The notes: generated by a model from the letters alone, not told the origin. A DNA stretch of 64,000 nucleotides from an uncultured bacterium (GCA_963704645.1 OY969926.1:1124491-1188490); one strand, 5' to 3'. Shown: positions 29,224 through 38,370, numbered from the stretch's first letter. Program-made: numbers and translations.

Positions 29224-31335
29224 ATGTTTCAAAAAATGCTGGCTAAAATTTTTAATGTTTCCCCAGAAGTTATAGAATTTATTTCCGACTCAAGACAGAA
29301 TTTTAAACAAAGACTTATTGTACTTGCTCCTCTTACAGCTTGGGCAAGTTTTTTCGCCGCTATAAGCCCACTTATTTTGAAGTTAATAATTGATAGTTTA
29401 ACCAATAATTGGACTAGCTTTGCAGGAATTCCGCTTGGCTCTGTAGTTTTAGTTTTTACTGTTATAATTATTGGGCTTGGGGTTATTAATTTATTAGATA
29501 ACATTTTTAATTATTTTAAACAGGTTCTACTTTTAAAAATAAATCAGCAAACAGAAACTTTTATTGAAGATAAATTCATGCAGTTTTTAACCAAATTTGA
29601 TGGAGCATTTTTGGGCAGCGAAAACAACCTAAGGTTAATTAGAAATTTGCAGTGGAACATTCAACCTACCCAAACAAAAATGTTACAAATTGGGCAAGAT
29701 ACTGTTCAAACTATTGTGGGTGTTGCAACCTTAATTTTCATTATTCCTTTAATTCACCCTTTGCTAATAATTTTAATTGTTATTTCTGTTCTTGCTGATT
29801 CAGTTTTAGACTATTTTCAGAACCAAAGCTGGCGAAGTTACGAGCTTTTAGAAAGCAGGCAAAGCAGCCAAAAAAGTGAATTAAATTGGCGAATTATTTG
29901 GCATTTTAACAAACTTTTAGAAAACGGTTGGATAGGCCAAATTTTAGATTCATACAGACAAAGAAGAGGTAAGTGGATGAAAACCGCTTTCGCCCAAAAA
30001 TATAATGACCAAGTATTTAGTTTATTTATAAATTTTTCTACCAGCTTACTTAGGGTTGGAACTTTATTTATAGCTGGATGGCTATTTTTGAACGGGCAAA
30101 TTGAAATTGGAACACTAGTTGTATTCGAGCTTTACATTACCCAGATTAAAAACCAAATGCAAAGTTTTGGGAACATTTTTAGAAATTTAATAGAACTAAG
30201 ATTCGAACTTTTTAGATACGATTTTTTAATTCATATTCAGCCAAAACTAGATTACACAATTTCAGAAAAGCCCGTTTTTAAAGAAATTGATAACTTGGTA
30301 ATTTCCAATCTTAACTTCACCTACCCTAAATTTTATGAAGAAGAACAGGCATATCTTCAGCAAATGAAACAAAGAATTACAGGCATTAATGACAGTGAAA
30401 ATCAGAGCAAAATTTTAGTACATTTAAAAGCTGTAAAGGAAAGTATTAAACTAAATAAAGGTAATAAAAACAACTTTGTTTCTAGGCAAATATTACTTTT
30501 CAAAAACTGGATAAAGCTGGTAATTTCCAATCATTCTTTGAATATAAGTTTGCGTAAAAACTTGGTTGAAGAGTTAGAAGAATTAGATAAAATGTTTAAC
30601 GGAACTCAGTTTCAAAAAACTGTTTTGAATAGCATAAATTTAAACTTGGAAAAAGGTAAGATATACGGAATTGTTGGCGAAAATGGAGCTGGAAAAACTA
30701 CATTAATGAAACTAATAAAACGCTCTATAGATACTACTTCTGGAGATATTTTAATTAGCAGCCAGAATTTGAATGAGAAGTACAAACTAAAAAACATTGA
30801 TCCACTTTTCTGGAAAAAATATATTGGAAATATAGATCAAAACAACTTTTTGTGGGAAGCCCTAACCGTGAAAGAAAATTTGTTTTTAGGACTGGAAAAA
30901 GATGAGATAGAAAAAATAACAGATGAAAATATTTATGCAATTTTGAAAGAACTGGAGCTGGATAAAAAAATTGAGAATTTAGATTTAATTATTGGCGAAA
31001 ATTTGGAGCTTAGTGGAGGCCAAAAACAACTACTTGAAATAGCCAGAATTGCTTTGCAAAAAAAGCCAATTATTATTTTAGACGAGGCTACAAATCAGCT
31101 AGATGCTAACAAAGAAGAGCTTGTAGTTAATTTACTGCAAAAACTAAAACAAAACTCTATAATAATTTTTATTACTCACCGTATGACCACAACCAATAAA
31201 TGCGATGAGATTATAATTTTGGAAAATGGAGTTGTTTCGGAGGTTAGTACACCAGCACTACTTCTAAAATCTAAGCAAGCTAACTTATTCAAAACTTTTT
31301 GGAACAAGCAAATTAGTCCAAACTTGAACTTATAA
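29224..31335 (+). CDS. ABC exporter, fused permease/ATPase (MsbA-like type I exporter)
   Basis: Six N-terminal TM segments. Walker A GENGAGKTT, signature LSGGQKQLL, Walker B IILDEAT. Confidence 0.9.
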   Translation: MFQKMLAKIFNVSPEVIEFISDSRQNFKQRLIVLAPLTAWASFFAAISPLILKLIIDSLTNNWTSFAGIPLGSVVLVFTVIIIGLGVINLLDNIFNYFKQVLLLKINQQTETFIEDKFMQFLTKFDGAFLGSENNLRLIRNLQWNIQPTQTKMLQIGQDTVQTIVGVATLIFIIPLIHPLLIILIVISVLADSVLDYFQNQSWRSYELLESRQSSQKSELNWRIIWHFNKLLENGWIGQILDSYRQRRGKWMKTAFAQKYNDQVFSLFINFSTSLLRVGTLFIAGWLFLNGQIEIGTLVVFELYITQIKNQMQSFGNIFRNLIELRFELFRYDFLIHIQPKLDYTISEKPVFKEIDNLVISNLNFTYPKFYEEEQAYLQQMKQRITGINDSENQSKILVHLKAVKESIKLNKGNKNNFVSRQILLFKNWIKLVISNHSLNISLRKNLVEELEELDKMFNGTQFQKTVLNSINLNLEKGKIYGIVGENGAGKTTLMKLIKRSIDTTSGDILISSQNLNEKYKLKNIDPLFWKKYIGNIDQNNFLWEALTVKENLFLGLEKDEIEKITDENIYAILKELELDKKIENLDLIIGENLELSGGQKQLLEIARIALQKKPIIILDEATNQLDANKEELVVNLLQKLKQNSIIIFITHRMTTTNKCDEIIILENGVVSEVSTPALLLKSKQANLFKTFWNKQISPNLNL

Positions 31336-31377
31336 AATCTTGACAATGGAATTATTTTACTAAACCCTAAAACAAGC

Positions 31378-31455
31378 GGGTATGTAGCTCAGCCTGGTTA
31401 GAGCACAGATCTTATAAGTCTGCGGTCGGTGGTTCAAATCCACCCATACCCACCA
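31378..31455 (+). tRNA. tRNA-Ile with anticodon UAU, CCA encoded
   Basis: Cloverleaf folded by hand. Acceptor GGGTATG/CATACCC. D arm GCTC..GAGC. Anticodon stem CAGAT/GTCTG with loop CTTATAA. T arm GGTGG-TTCAAAT-CCACC. Discriminator A followed by CCA. Confidence 0.9.
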
Positions 31456-31550
31456 AACAAATTATTAAATACAAAGCCTTCAGTAAATACACTTAGACAA
31501 CACTTCCTGATTTCTAAATATTTTTTACAATCAAATTAAGCACACACATT

Positions 31551-31865
31551 ATGCCAATCAAACACTTTTTAGATGGTCTTGAAGAAACAATAGCCCGAAT
31601 TGTAAGCCTTCTTCTAAGTTTAACCTTCTTCGCACTATACTTCGGAGGCAAAGCTCCAGTTTTTACAGACTGGTACGGTTTAATTGGTGTTTTAGCCTTA
31701 TTTTGGTTAGTATACGAATCTGTTTCTTATTTACTGTACATAGTATTTAACTTTTTTTCTGCCAAGAGTGGAAAGGATGATAATTCTAACAGTAAGGTAG
31801 ATACTAACAACTTTGATATGAACCATACAGAAAACGATGGTAATAATTTAGATCAAAACAACTAA
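31551..31865 (+). CDS. small membrane protein (two TM segments, Asn/Asp-rich tail)
   Basis: ATG start. Hydrophobic segments IVSLLLSLTFFALYF and LIGVLALFWLVY. Confidence 0.6.
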   Translation: MPIKHFLDGLEETIARIVSLLLSLTFFALYFGGKAPVFTDWYGLIGVLALFWLVYESVSYLLYIVFNFFSAKSGKDDNSNSKVDTNNFDMNHTENDGNNLDQNN

Positions 31866-31957
31866 TTTATAAATTCACTTTTTATTTAGGAATTTAAATC
31901 AACCAAATAACAATCAAACTACAAATCAAATCATAATCAGAAATTATAATCACTTAT

Positions 31958-32425
31958 ATGAACAAAATATTTTTAATCGGCCGCTTAACTAAAGACGCTG
32001 AAATTAGAACAACCACAACAGGCAAAAAAATTGCAAGTTTTAGCATTGCTGTAAACGAAGGAAAAGACCAAACCGGACAAGAAATTGTTCAATTCTTCAA
32101 CCTAAGTGCATGGGAAAGACTAGCCGAAATTGTTGAACAATACGTAAAAAAAGGTAGTAAAGTTGCCATTGTAGGAAGTTTAAAAAACCGCTCATGGGAT
32201 AAACCAGACGGCACAAAAGGCTATGCCACCGACGTTCTAGTTAAAGAATTAGAAATTCTATCTTCAGCTGGTGACAGACAAGAAGGAGCAGTGCCATCTG
32301 ACAATTCTTCATCTTCAACTAGCTCTAACAATGCAGGAGGAACTGCTGCTGCAGAAAAGATAGCCCCAGAAGCAGAATTACCAGACATCAACATTGATGA
32401 CATAAACATCCAAATGCCATTTTAA
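31958..32425 (+). CDS. ssb: single-stranded DNA-binding protein
   Basis: OB-fold N-terminus MNKIFLIGRLTKDAEIRTT. Disordered Ser/Ala-rich tail ending in an acidic tip, DDINIQMPF. Confidence 0.95.
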   Translation: MNKIFLIGRLTKDAEIRTTTTGKKIASFSIAVNEGKDQTGQEIVQFFNLSAWERLAEIVEQYVKKGSKVAIVGSLKNRSWDKPDGTKGYATDVLVKELEILSSAGDRQEGAVPSDNSSSSTSSNNAGGTAAAEKIAPEAELPDINIDDINIQMPF

Positions 32426-32461
32426 GGTAGTGGAGACCTCCTGGTTTCCATAAATTTTAAT

Positions 32462-32484
32462 GCAGAGGCGACCACCGCGTCGCC
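32462..32484 (+). repeat. REP-like unit GCAGAGGCGAC-CACCGC-GTCGCC
   Basis: 6-bp GC stem at 32467-32472 / 32479-32484. A degenerate copy lies at about 32911-32935. Confidence 0.55.
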
Positions 32485-32581
32485 ATTTGTTGAATTACAA
32501 ACCCTTCGGAGTTTATTTTTATGACAATAATTAAGACCCTCCGTTTAATGTTGAGGGTCTCAGCGAGAGATTAAAACACTA

Positions 32582-32794
32582 TCAGTTTAAAACTTTATCA
32601 GTTCTCACAAAATTCACACCCTGCCCTTCAAGAGCACTACGAATTTCATAGAATTCGCTAATCTGATCTGTTTCAAACTTTTGACCCTGAGAAAGACTGT
32701 CAATGAGATCGCCCTCTATAGAATCAATCAAGATGTGAGATGGAGCATAGCCAGGTGCAGGATTTTTGTAAGCAGTGTAGTTTACTGTGGTCAT
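32582..32794 (-). CDS. small hypothetical protein (70 aa)
   Basis: I prefer the ATG at 32794, preceded by AGGAG 8 nt upstream, over the longer ORF-track start at 32890. Confidence 0.5.
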   Translation of the reverse strand: MTTVNYTAYKNPAPGYAPSHILIDSIEGDLIDSLSQGQKFETDQISEFYEIRSALEGQGVNFVRTDKVLN

Positions 32795-33030
32795 GAGAAG
32801 TACTCCTATAATATAAAGAATAATGTACTTAATTACATTATATACACAAAATTTTGCTTCTAGCAAGTATTTCTTTATATAGTGAAACACACCATATGTT
32901 TTAATGTATATACGACCACCGCGTCATCATTTGTTTGTTTTAATCAAAATTATAGCGGCAAAGTTCACAAGCCACCCACCCCAAGTCTCCAACAAACCTA
33001 ATAAACGGCACAGAAACCCTTAAGGTTTAT

Positions 33031-33066
33031 TTTTGAGCAAGAAAAAAGCCTTTCAAATTGAAAGAC
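33031..33066 (-). terminator. rho-independent terminator, paralogous to 34270-34316
   Basis: Minus strand reads CTTTCAATTTGAAAG followed by GCTTTTTTCTTGCTC. It shares about 40 nt with the second copy. Confidence 0.55.
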
Positions 33067-33102
33067 TTGGTATAAAAAAATAATTCTAAGAAATAGCGAT
33101 TC

Positions 33103-33501
33103 CTAAACTTTGGCACTCTCAGGGATAATTTTTCCGTCAGGGTCTAGTTTAAATACTTGGAAGCCAGATTCTAGTTCAGAACTTAAAAAAGTCAGAGTCC
33201 AAATTTTTGAAAATGAGGGCAATTGCACCACGTAGTCAATAACAATTTGGGAATCTGCAAAAGCGAAACTAATAGATTGTGCTAGATTAGGAAGAAGGTT
33301 TACCAACTCCTGAAAACTTGTGAGTTTGTGCGTGCCAATCTCATTAGGCTCTGGCAAAGCTCTATAAACAACTTCCATTACTGTATTTGTCTCACCAGAT
33401 ATTGGAATATCAGAATGAAGACATAGACGCAGATTTGGATTAGATCGAGCAATTTCTCTAGCTTGTTCGTCAGTCAATGCACTTGCAGTAGCACGGGGCA
33501 T
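33103..33501 (-). CDS. hypothetical protein (132 aa)
   Basis: ATG preceded by AAAGGTGA. No recognisable family. Confidence 0.6.
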   Translation of the reverse strand: MPRATASALTDEQAREIARSNPNLRLCLHSDIPISGETNTVMEVVYRALPEPNEIGTHKLTSFQELVNLLPNLAQSISFAFADSQIVIDYVVQLPSFSKIWTLTFLSSELESGFQVFKLDPDGKIIPESAKV

Positions 33502-33589
33502 AGTTCACCTTTGTAAAATATACAACATCTCCTTATTAGAAAAGCATTAAATTATATTAATGTCTAATTAAAAACCACACAAATTTCCC

Positions 33590-34234
33590 CTACTCTATAG
33601 TCTTAGGGCTAGGAATTCTTTCCACAATAGCTTGTAATAAACGTTCTACTCCCATTCCTGTTTTTCCGCTAACGTGTAAAATTTGTGACCTATTATAGCC
33701 TAAAATTCTTTCAATTTCTTCACTTCTAGCTGGAATATCGGCGTTGGGTAAATCTATTTTGTTTAAAACTGGAATAATTTTTAAGTCTAATTCCATAGCA
33801 GAATACAAATTAGCCAAAGTTTGTGCCTGAATCCCCTGAGTTGCATCTACCACCAAAATTGCCCCTTCACAAGCAGCTAAAGACCGAGAAACTTCATAGG
33901 CAAAATCTACATGGCCAGGGGTATCAATTAAATTTAAAATAAATTTCTGGTTAACAAAATTTGTAACATCTAACCCAGTTTCCAAATTTCTTAGTTCAAT
34001 TTCTTCTTTAGAAAAAGGAGTAGAGCCAGGGTAAATATAATCCATTCTTACGGGTTGCAGCTTAATAGTAATTCCACGCTCTCGTTCTAAATCCATTTTA
34101 TCTAGGGTTTGTTCCTTCATATCACGCTTGGTAACGGTTCCTGTAATTTCCATAAGTCTATCGGCTAAAGTGCTTTTACCATGGTCAATATGGGCAATGA
34201 TGCAAAAGTTACGAATATTTTTAAGCTCGGTCAT
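33590..34234 (-). CDS. lepA: LepA/EF4 translational GTPase reduced to the G domain (214 aa; may be a gene remnant)
   Basis: [40 protein letters not shown] and SGKTG are all intact. The ORF stops right after the IPSPK junction, where full-length EF4 (~600 aa) continues into domain II. Confidence 0.85.
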   Translation of the reverse strand: MTELKNIRNFCIIAHIDHGKSTLADRLMEITGTVTKRDMKEQTLDKMDLERERGITIKLQPVRMDYIYPGSTPFSKEEIELRNLETGLDVTNFVNQKFILNLIDTPGHVDFAYEVSRSLAACEGAILVVDATQGIQAQTLANLYSAMELDLKIIPVLNKIDLPNADIPARSEEIERILGYNRSQILHVSGKTGMGVERLLQAIVERIPSPKTIE

Positions 34235-34269
34235 GGTGTTTTTATGATTAATATTTTGATGTTATTTGG

Positions 34270-34316
34270 GAATATTTTTTTGGGCAAGAAAAAAGCCTTC
34301 CAAGTTTGGAAGGACT
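34270..34316 (-). terminator. rho-independent terminator, paralogous to 33031-33066
   Basis: Minus strand reads CCTTCCAAACTTGGAAGG followed by CTTTTTTCTTGCCC. Confidence 0.55.
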
Positions 34317-34343
34317 GCGATGCGCACATCAATAAAATGCTAC

Positions 34344-34712
34344 TTATCCTAATTTTAGAGCAACTTCCATCAACATCTCAGGTCTAATTTCCATTGTATC
34401 TTCACCAGAATTACTACCCTCCTCCGCTACAAGGTAGGTGATTTCTCCCTGGACGACAATTGACTTTGCAATTGCATGAATTAACTCATCGCTATCCATT
34501 CTGCACAATAAAATTGGTTGCGAATCAATGACCACGACAACATTGTTTAGTGTAGGCAAGACCTGCCTAACTTTCAAAGCGATTGTGTTGATTGTGTAAG
34601 TTTCATCTAGAAAGGAATCTAACATCAAATCACTAAACAAACGACCACTTAAATCAACTACACATTCCTGGCTCACCAGAGATTGCCAATACCTTAGACT
34701 GGAATCACTCAT
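34344..34712 (-). CDS. hypothetical protein (122 aa)
   Basis: Complete ORF with its own terminator. No recognisable family. Confidence 0.6.
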   Translation of the reverse strand: MSDSSLRYWQSLVSQECVVDLSGRLFSDLMLDSFLDETYTINTIALKVRQVLPTLNNVVVVIDSQPILLCRMDSDELIHAIAKSIVVQGEITYLVAEEGSNSGEDTMEIRPEMLMEVALKLG

Positions 34713-34764
34713 TGAATACTCACTATAGAAATTGCTTGGACTTTTTATTCAAATCACAATTTTA

Positions 34765-35076
34765 TCAAATAATCAAGCTAGTCACGTTCAACTTTCTAAT
34801 AACCACCTCATCCTCCACCAACCTAAACCTTGGGCCAAAATAATTTAACTCTGGTTTTTCCACATTTTCAGTAAACATTTCCAGCGGCCTTAGGTAAAAA
34901 TTGACATTTTCATTTGGCATTTCTTTGGTGTACAAAGCTTGATAAGCTAACATTAATTGGCCTGTTTCTGTATGAAAACCAACCCCAATAATTTTGTAGC
35001 AATAATCTAAAACCCCCTTTTCAGGATTATGCTTAAAATGGTAATAAAACTGACCAGCTTTGGGGTAATTGCTCAT
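34765..35076 (-). CDS. DUF1653-like protein
   Basis: GQFYYHFKHNPEKG...YKIIGVGFHTETGQLMLAYQALY...YLRPLEMF matches my recollection of the DUF1653 pattern. Confidence 0.7.
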   Translation of the reverse strand: MSNYPKAGQFYYHFKHNPEKGVLDYCYKIIGVGFHTETGQLMLAYQALYTKEMPNENVNFYLRPLEMFTENVEKPELNYFGPRFRLVEDEVVIRKLNVTSLII

Positions 35077-35119
35077 AAATTAGTTTTAAACCAAAGTTAA
35101 GTTTTATACCCAACATGTC

Positions 35120-35247
35120 AATTCACAATGTAGGGGCGAACCCCGCGTCGCCCTTCGCACATTATAATCCAAAATATTCTCTCATAATTACCATTCGGAG
35201 GGATTTATCCTCCTGTGCTGTGGGAATTTACCTACACGTCGTGAATT
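35120..35247. repeat. REPIN-like doublet (128 bp) with inverted termini AATTCAC-N3-GTAGG / CCTAC-N5-GTGAATT
   Basis: The left unit GTAGGGGCGA-ACCCCGCG-TCGCCC (35130-35153) faces an inverted GTAGG unit (35231-35235). An internal hairpin GGAGG(G)AT-TT-ATCCTCC lies at about 35198-35214. Confidence 0.55.
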
Positions 35248-35426
35248 ATAATTTAAGGAAACTCAACCACAAAGAATAAACTTTATACCTCAAAATCACA
35301 AGTGTAAACCACTTAAAAAACCTTGACCGAAGGCAATTTTAGTGCTTTATTTAAAGTATACATAAGGTTGTAATGGCCTAGTATAAGTTCAAATTTGTTG
35401 TTTGGAAATTTTAAGGAGATTAAGTC

Positions 35427-36017
35427 ATGCTGTTAAATCGTAAATTTGCTGGTTTGGCTATTGCTACTGGAATCGCTGTTGCTCAATTTTTTGGCGCAAT
35501 TTGTTCTGCTCAAGCTCAAAATTTTGATGAGAGCGAGCTAATCATTCCAAATATTGTTGACTGCGACAAGTTGTGGAAAGAAGGCGATCCAAGCCCACCA
35601 AAACTGTGTGCAGATTTAAAAAAAGACAATGGCAGTGACAAAAAAATTGTCATCGATCGCGGCCTTACTGAGTTCCAACGTAAAAGATTAGCAATTCAGC
35701 TAAGGGCTAAACTAGAGCTGGAAAAACTTGAAGCTAATGAACGCAAACGACAAGGAGCAGAAATCGTCACAGTTGTTTCTTTAAGCTCAAGCTTAAAAAT
35801 TGAAAGGGTTTGGAAAACGACAAGAAATAGTGTTTCTTTGGCTATCCCAGCCGAATTTTCATCAACACAGCTCTTGTGGACTGGAGCAGATAGTGTTCCG
35901 CGAGGTTTAAGTGCAACCCATCTTCGTGAAATAAAAAGTTTTATTGTTAGTGGGGAAGATACCTATATCTCCCTTGCTGACGGTATTATTTTAAAAATAT
36001 CATCAAAAGGAAACTAA
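35427..36017 (+). CDS. secreted hypothetical protein
   Basis: Strong RBS (TAAGGAGA). Signal peptide ending AQAQ. 196 aa. Confidence 0.7.
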   Translation: MLLNRKFAGLAIATGIAVAQFFGAICSAQAQNFDESELIIPNIVDCDKLWKEGDPSPPKLCADLKKDNGSDKKIVIDRGLTEFQRKRLAIQLRAKLELEKLEANERKRQGAEIVTVVSLSSSLKIERVWKTTRNSVSLAIPAEFSSTQLLWTGADSVPRGLSATHLREIKSFIVSGEDTYISLADGIILKISSKGN

Positions 36018-36030
36018 AATATAGTTTCGA

Positions 36031-36083
36031 CCCTAACCTCACCAACCGGCGTGGAGTTAGGGATTATTTTTTTGGGCGAAAAT
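36031..36083 (+). terminator. terminator-like element, paralogous to 38309-38361
   Basis: CCCTAAC...GTTAGGG stem followed by a T7 run and GGGCGAAAAT. About 80% identical to the second copy. Confidence 0.55.
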
Positions 36084-36360
36084 TGTTTGAATTATTTAAA
36101 ATATTTTTGCTGATCAGCTATTAGGGCAATTGTTTATACAAGTTTATTAAATAAATTTTAAAGCAAACCCCGAACCATATCAACTACCACCGTAGGGAAA
36201 TACTTGCCATTCTCAATTCCCCAATTCCCCATTGTAATAACCATTCCCAATCACCATCTCATTGTAAGATAAAGTTTCATTTTTACATTTTGAGAAAATT
36301 TGTTTGACGACGCCTCCATTATATTCTGTAATGAAGTGTTTTTGTAGAAAGGAGCAGTTT

Positions 36361-36825
36361 ATGGCAAAAGGTTGGCATTTGGAGGATGAAACACTATTTA
36401 TATATAAATTATGTAGAGGTAACCCAACTCAAGATGAGACTTATTATGTATCGCAAAGCCTGTCTAAAGTTAGTCAAGCATTGGCAGGTTCTGCAGATGG
36501 GGAAATCTACGCTCTAATTACAAGTCAAAATTGTAATGGTGATTTACAACTAGCGCACTTGTGCTATTGCTACATTTGCAACAAAAGTGTACATCACGGC
36601 GAAACATGGGAAAGATTTGCCCAAGATTTTTACGAAAGCTACAGAAACCACAGCTTGTTTTCATTGGTATGGGAAAACTATACTATTTATGACAATGAAG
36701 AAGTTGATGAAATCTTAGCTAGTATCTGCGAGGAAGTCCTCTTCAGCATGATACTTCTCTATGGAACAGCAGATCAATTTCCAATGTATTGGAAAGAAAG
36801 AGAATGGAGAATGCTGTTTGTTTAA
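36361..36825 (+). CDS. hypothetical Cys-rich protein (154 aa)
   Basis: The ATG at 36361 is preceded by AGGAG. The ORF-track TTG start at 36304 is less likely. Confidence 0.6.
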   Translation: MAKGWHLEDETLFIYKLCRGNPTQDETYYVSQSLSKVSQALAGSADGEIYALITSQNCNGDLQLAHLCYCYICNKSVHHGETWERFAQDFYESYRNHSLFSLVWENYTIYDNEEVDEILASICEEVLFSMILLYGTADQFPMYWKEREWRMLFV

Positions 36826-36969
36826 ATTGAATAAAATATAATACCGCTTTTAGAAATCTTTAAGCGGTACTTTTTTATGCAGTCTTTTATAAAACAAAAA
36901 TTATTAAATAGCATGTTTTATTCATCAAAAGAAAATAGCACCTAAGAATAACACTTAGGCACTATGGTT

Positions 36970-37125
36970 TTAAGCACGTCTCGATCGACGCATTAAAACT
37001 TTTTGATCCCTGGTAAAATGGAGATTTATTCCACTTCCATTTCGCAAGTCTTCTCGGACTTTGCTATGAGCGTCCGCAACAACTTCCTCAGTTGTTTCTT
37101 GCGATGCTAATAATATAGCACTCAT
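36970..37125 (-). CDS. possible small protein (51 aa)
   Basis: The internal ATG at 37125 is preceded by AGGAG. The longer 95-aa version is hydrophobic and looks spurious. Confidence 0.35.
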   Translation of the reverse strand: MSAILLASQETTEEVVADAHSKVREDLRNGSGINLHFTRDQKVLMRRSRRA

Positions 37126-37268
37126 AATTCTTCTCCTGTTGTATTTCAATATAGATAGAATACTAGATAATCTAAAGTTACATAAAAAGCTAATTGTCAA
37201 TAGTAAAAGTGTAAATATATTGTCTGTTATTATTACTGTTCCAACTTTAATTAACACCCAAGGCTAGT

Positions 37269-37676
37269 CTAAATTTCCAAATAATTTTTATAGGTTTTAA
37301 CTAATAATTTATCAAAACTAACTAATTCCAAACTATTTTGTAGGCAAACTTGTAAATACAAACTGTCTTCAAAAGATAAATTTTCTTTATTAAAAGTATT
37401 TAAAACTTTTTTAAAATCTAGCTGTTTAGGCTGTAAAATTTCAACAATTCCCAGATCTAAAAATTCCTGGAATGCTTCTACAATTTCCTGTTTAGAAAAT
37501 TCATAATGTGTAGTAAGAACATATTTTAATTCAATTAAAGTTTCCGGTAGAATAAATAACTTATATTCTTGCCTTACAGCTTTTTCAAACAATAAATTTA
37601 CTTCAGCTTGCTGACTTTCAACGTCCCCAATTAAAAATCTGGCGATTATATTTGTATCTAACAAAACTTTAATCAT
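37269..37676 (-). CDS. vapC: PIN-domain toxin (VapC-like)
   Basis: MIKVLLDTNIIARFL with a conserved Asp. The ATG at 37676 overlaps the antitoxin stop by 8 nt. An acidic residue (SFEDSL) is present. Confidence 0.85.
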   Translation of the reverse strand: MIKVLLDTNIIARFLIGDVESQQAEVNLLFEKAVRQEYKLFILPETLIELKYVLTTHYEFSKQEIVEAFQEFLDLGIVEILQPKQLDFKKVLNTFNKENLSFEDSLYLQVCLQNSLELVSFDKLLVKTYKNYLEI

Positions 37677-37953
37677 ATTTTTGGTTTTTAAAACTATCAG
37701 TTTTTGACCTCTCCAAAGCAGCTTCAAACTCTTCACCAGTTTCAAACATTTTGTTTTTGTTTTTAAGCTTTCTACCTAAACTTCCCTGTATTTTAGACAT
37801 TTTATTTTCTATATTTTGAATATTGTAAGTATCCTGTTTTTGACCATCTTCAAAAATATGCAAATACATTCCTGGTTTTAAATCTAATTTATTCAATAAA
37901 TCTACTGGCAAAGTAACTTGATTCTGTGATGAAACTTTTAGTTTAAAGGTCAT
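37669..37953 (-). CDS. AbrB/MazE/SpoVT-type antitoxin (VapB-like)
   Basis: SSQNQVTLPVDLLNKLDLKPG is a swapped-hairpin beta-barrel motif. It lies upstream of the PIN gene and overlaps it. Confidence 0.8.
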   Translation of the reverse strand: MTFKLKVSSQNQVTLPVDLLNKLDLKPGMYLHIFEDGQKQDTYNIQNIENKMSKIQGSLGRKLKNKNKMFETGEEFEAALERSKTDSFKNQKYD

Positions 37954-38092
37954 AGTAAAGTTATTTTAAATAACTAAAATTATAATGTCAAAGTAAAAAA
38001 TAGTTACTTAGACATGTATGAAATTAGTTTTGACTTTTCTTATATTTTGTGTATTAGTAAGTGTAAGTGCTAGCTGTGTTTAGGAGACAGTT

Positions 38093-38290
38093 ATGTCGTT
38101 TTTTTATGTTGCAACTGGTAGGACAATTACAGTCATCACAGTTAGTAGATTTCTTTGGCCCATCGGATGCGAGGAGAAGCCTAGTTATGGCATAAGTCAT
38201 ACTCACTCAAAACTTCTTCAAGAACAACGAAAGGAGAGGTGGCGTAGGAAACAAAGGACACTTGCAATACGTCTTTCTTGGAAATACTAA
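38093..38290 (+). CDS. small basic hypothetical protein (65 aa)
   Basis: AGGAGA lies 5 nt before the ATG. It is followed by the conserved terminator-like element. Confidence 0.4.
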   Translation: MSFFYVATGRTITVITVSRFLWPIGCEEKPSYGISHTHSKLLQEQRKERWRRKQRTLAIRLSWKY

Positions 38291-38308
38291 GTTTAACTAT
38301 TTGTCCAT

Positions 38309-38361
38309 CCCTAACTTCACCAATCAACGTTGGATTTAGGGATAATTTTTTTGGCCAAAAT
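38309..38361 (+). terminator. terminator-like element, paralogous to 36031-36083
   Basis: CCCTAAC...TTTAGGGA stem plus a T7 run and GGCCAAAAT. Confidence 0.55.
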
Positions 38362-38370
38362 CACCACCTA

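Noticed and set aside
33502-33589. A frameshift or read-through that would continue LepA beyond residue 214.
   Set aside because: None of the three frames downstream of the stop shows EF4 domain II-like sequence. The spacer contains an RBS and the start of an unrelated gene.
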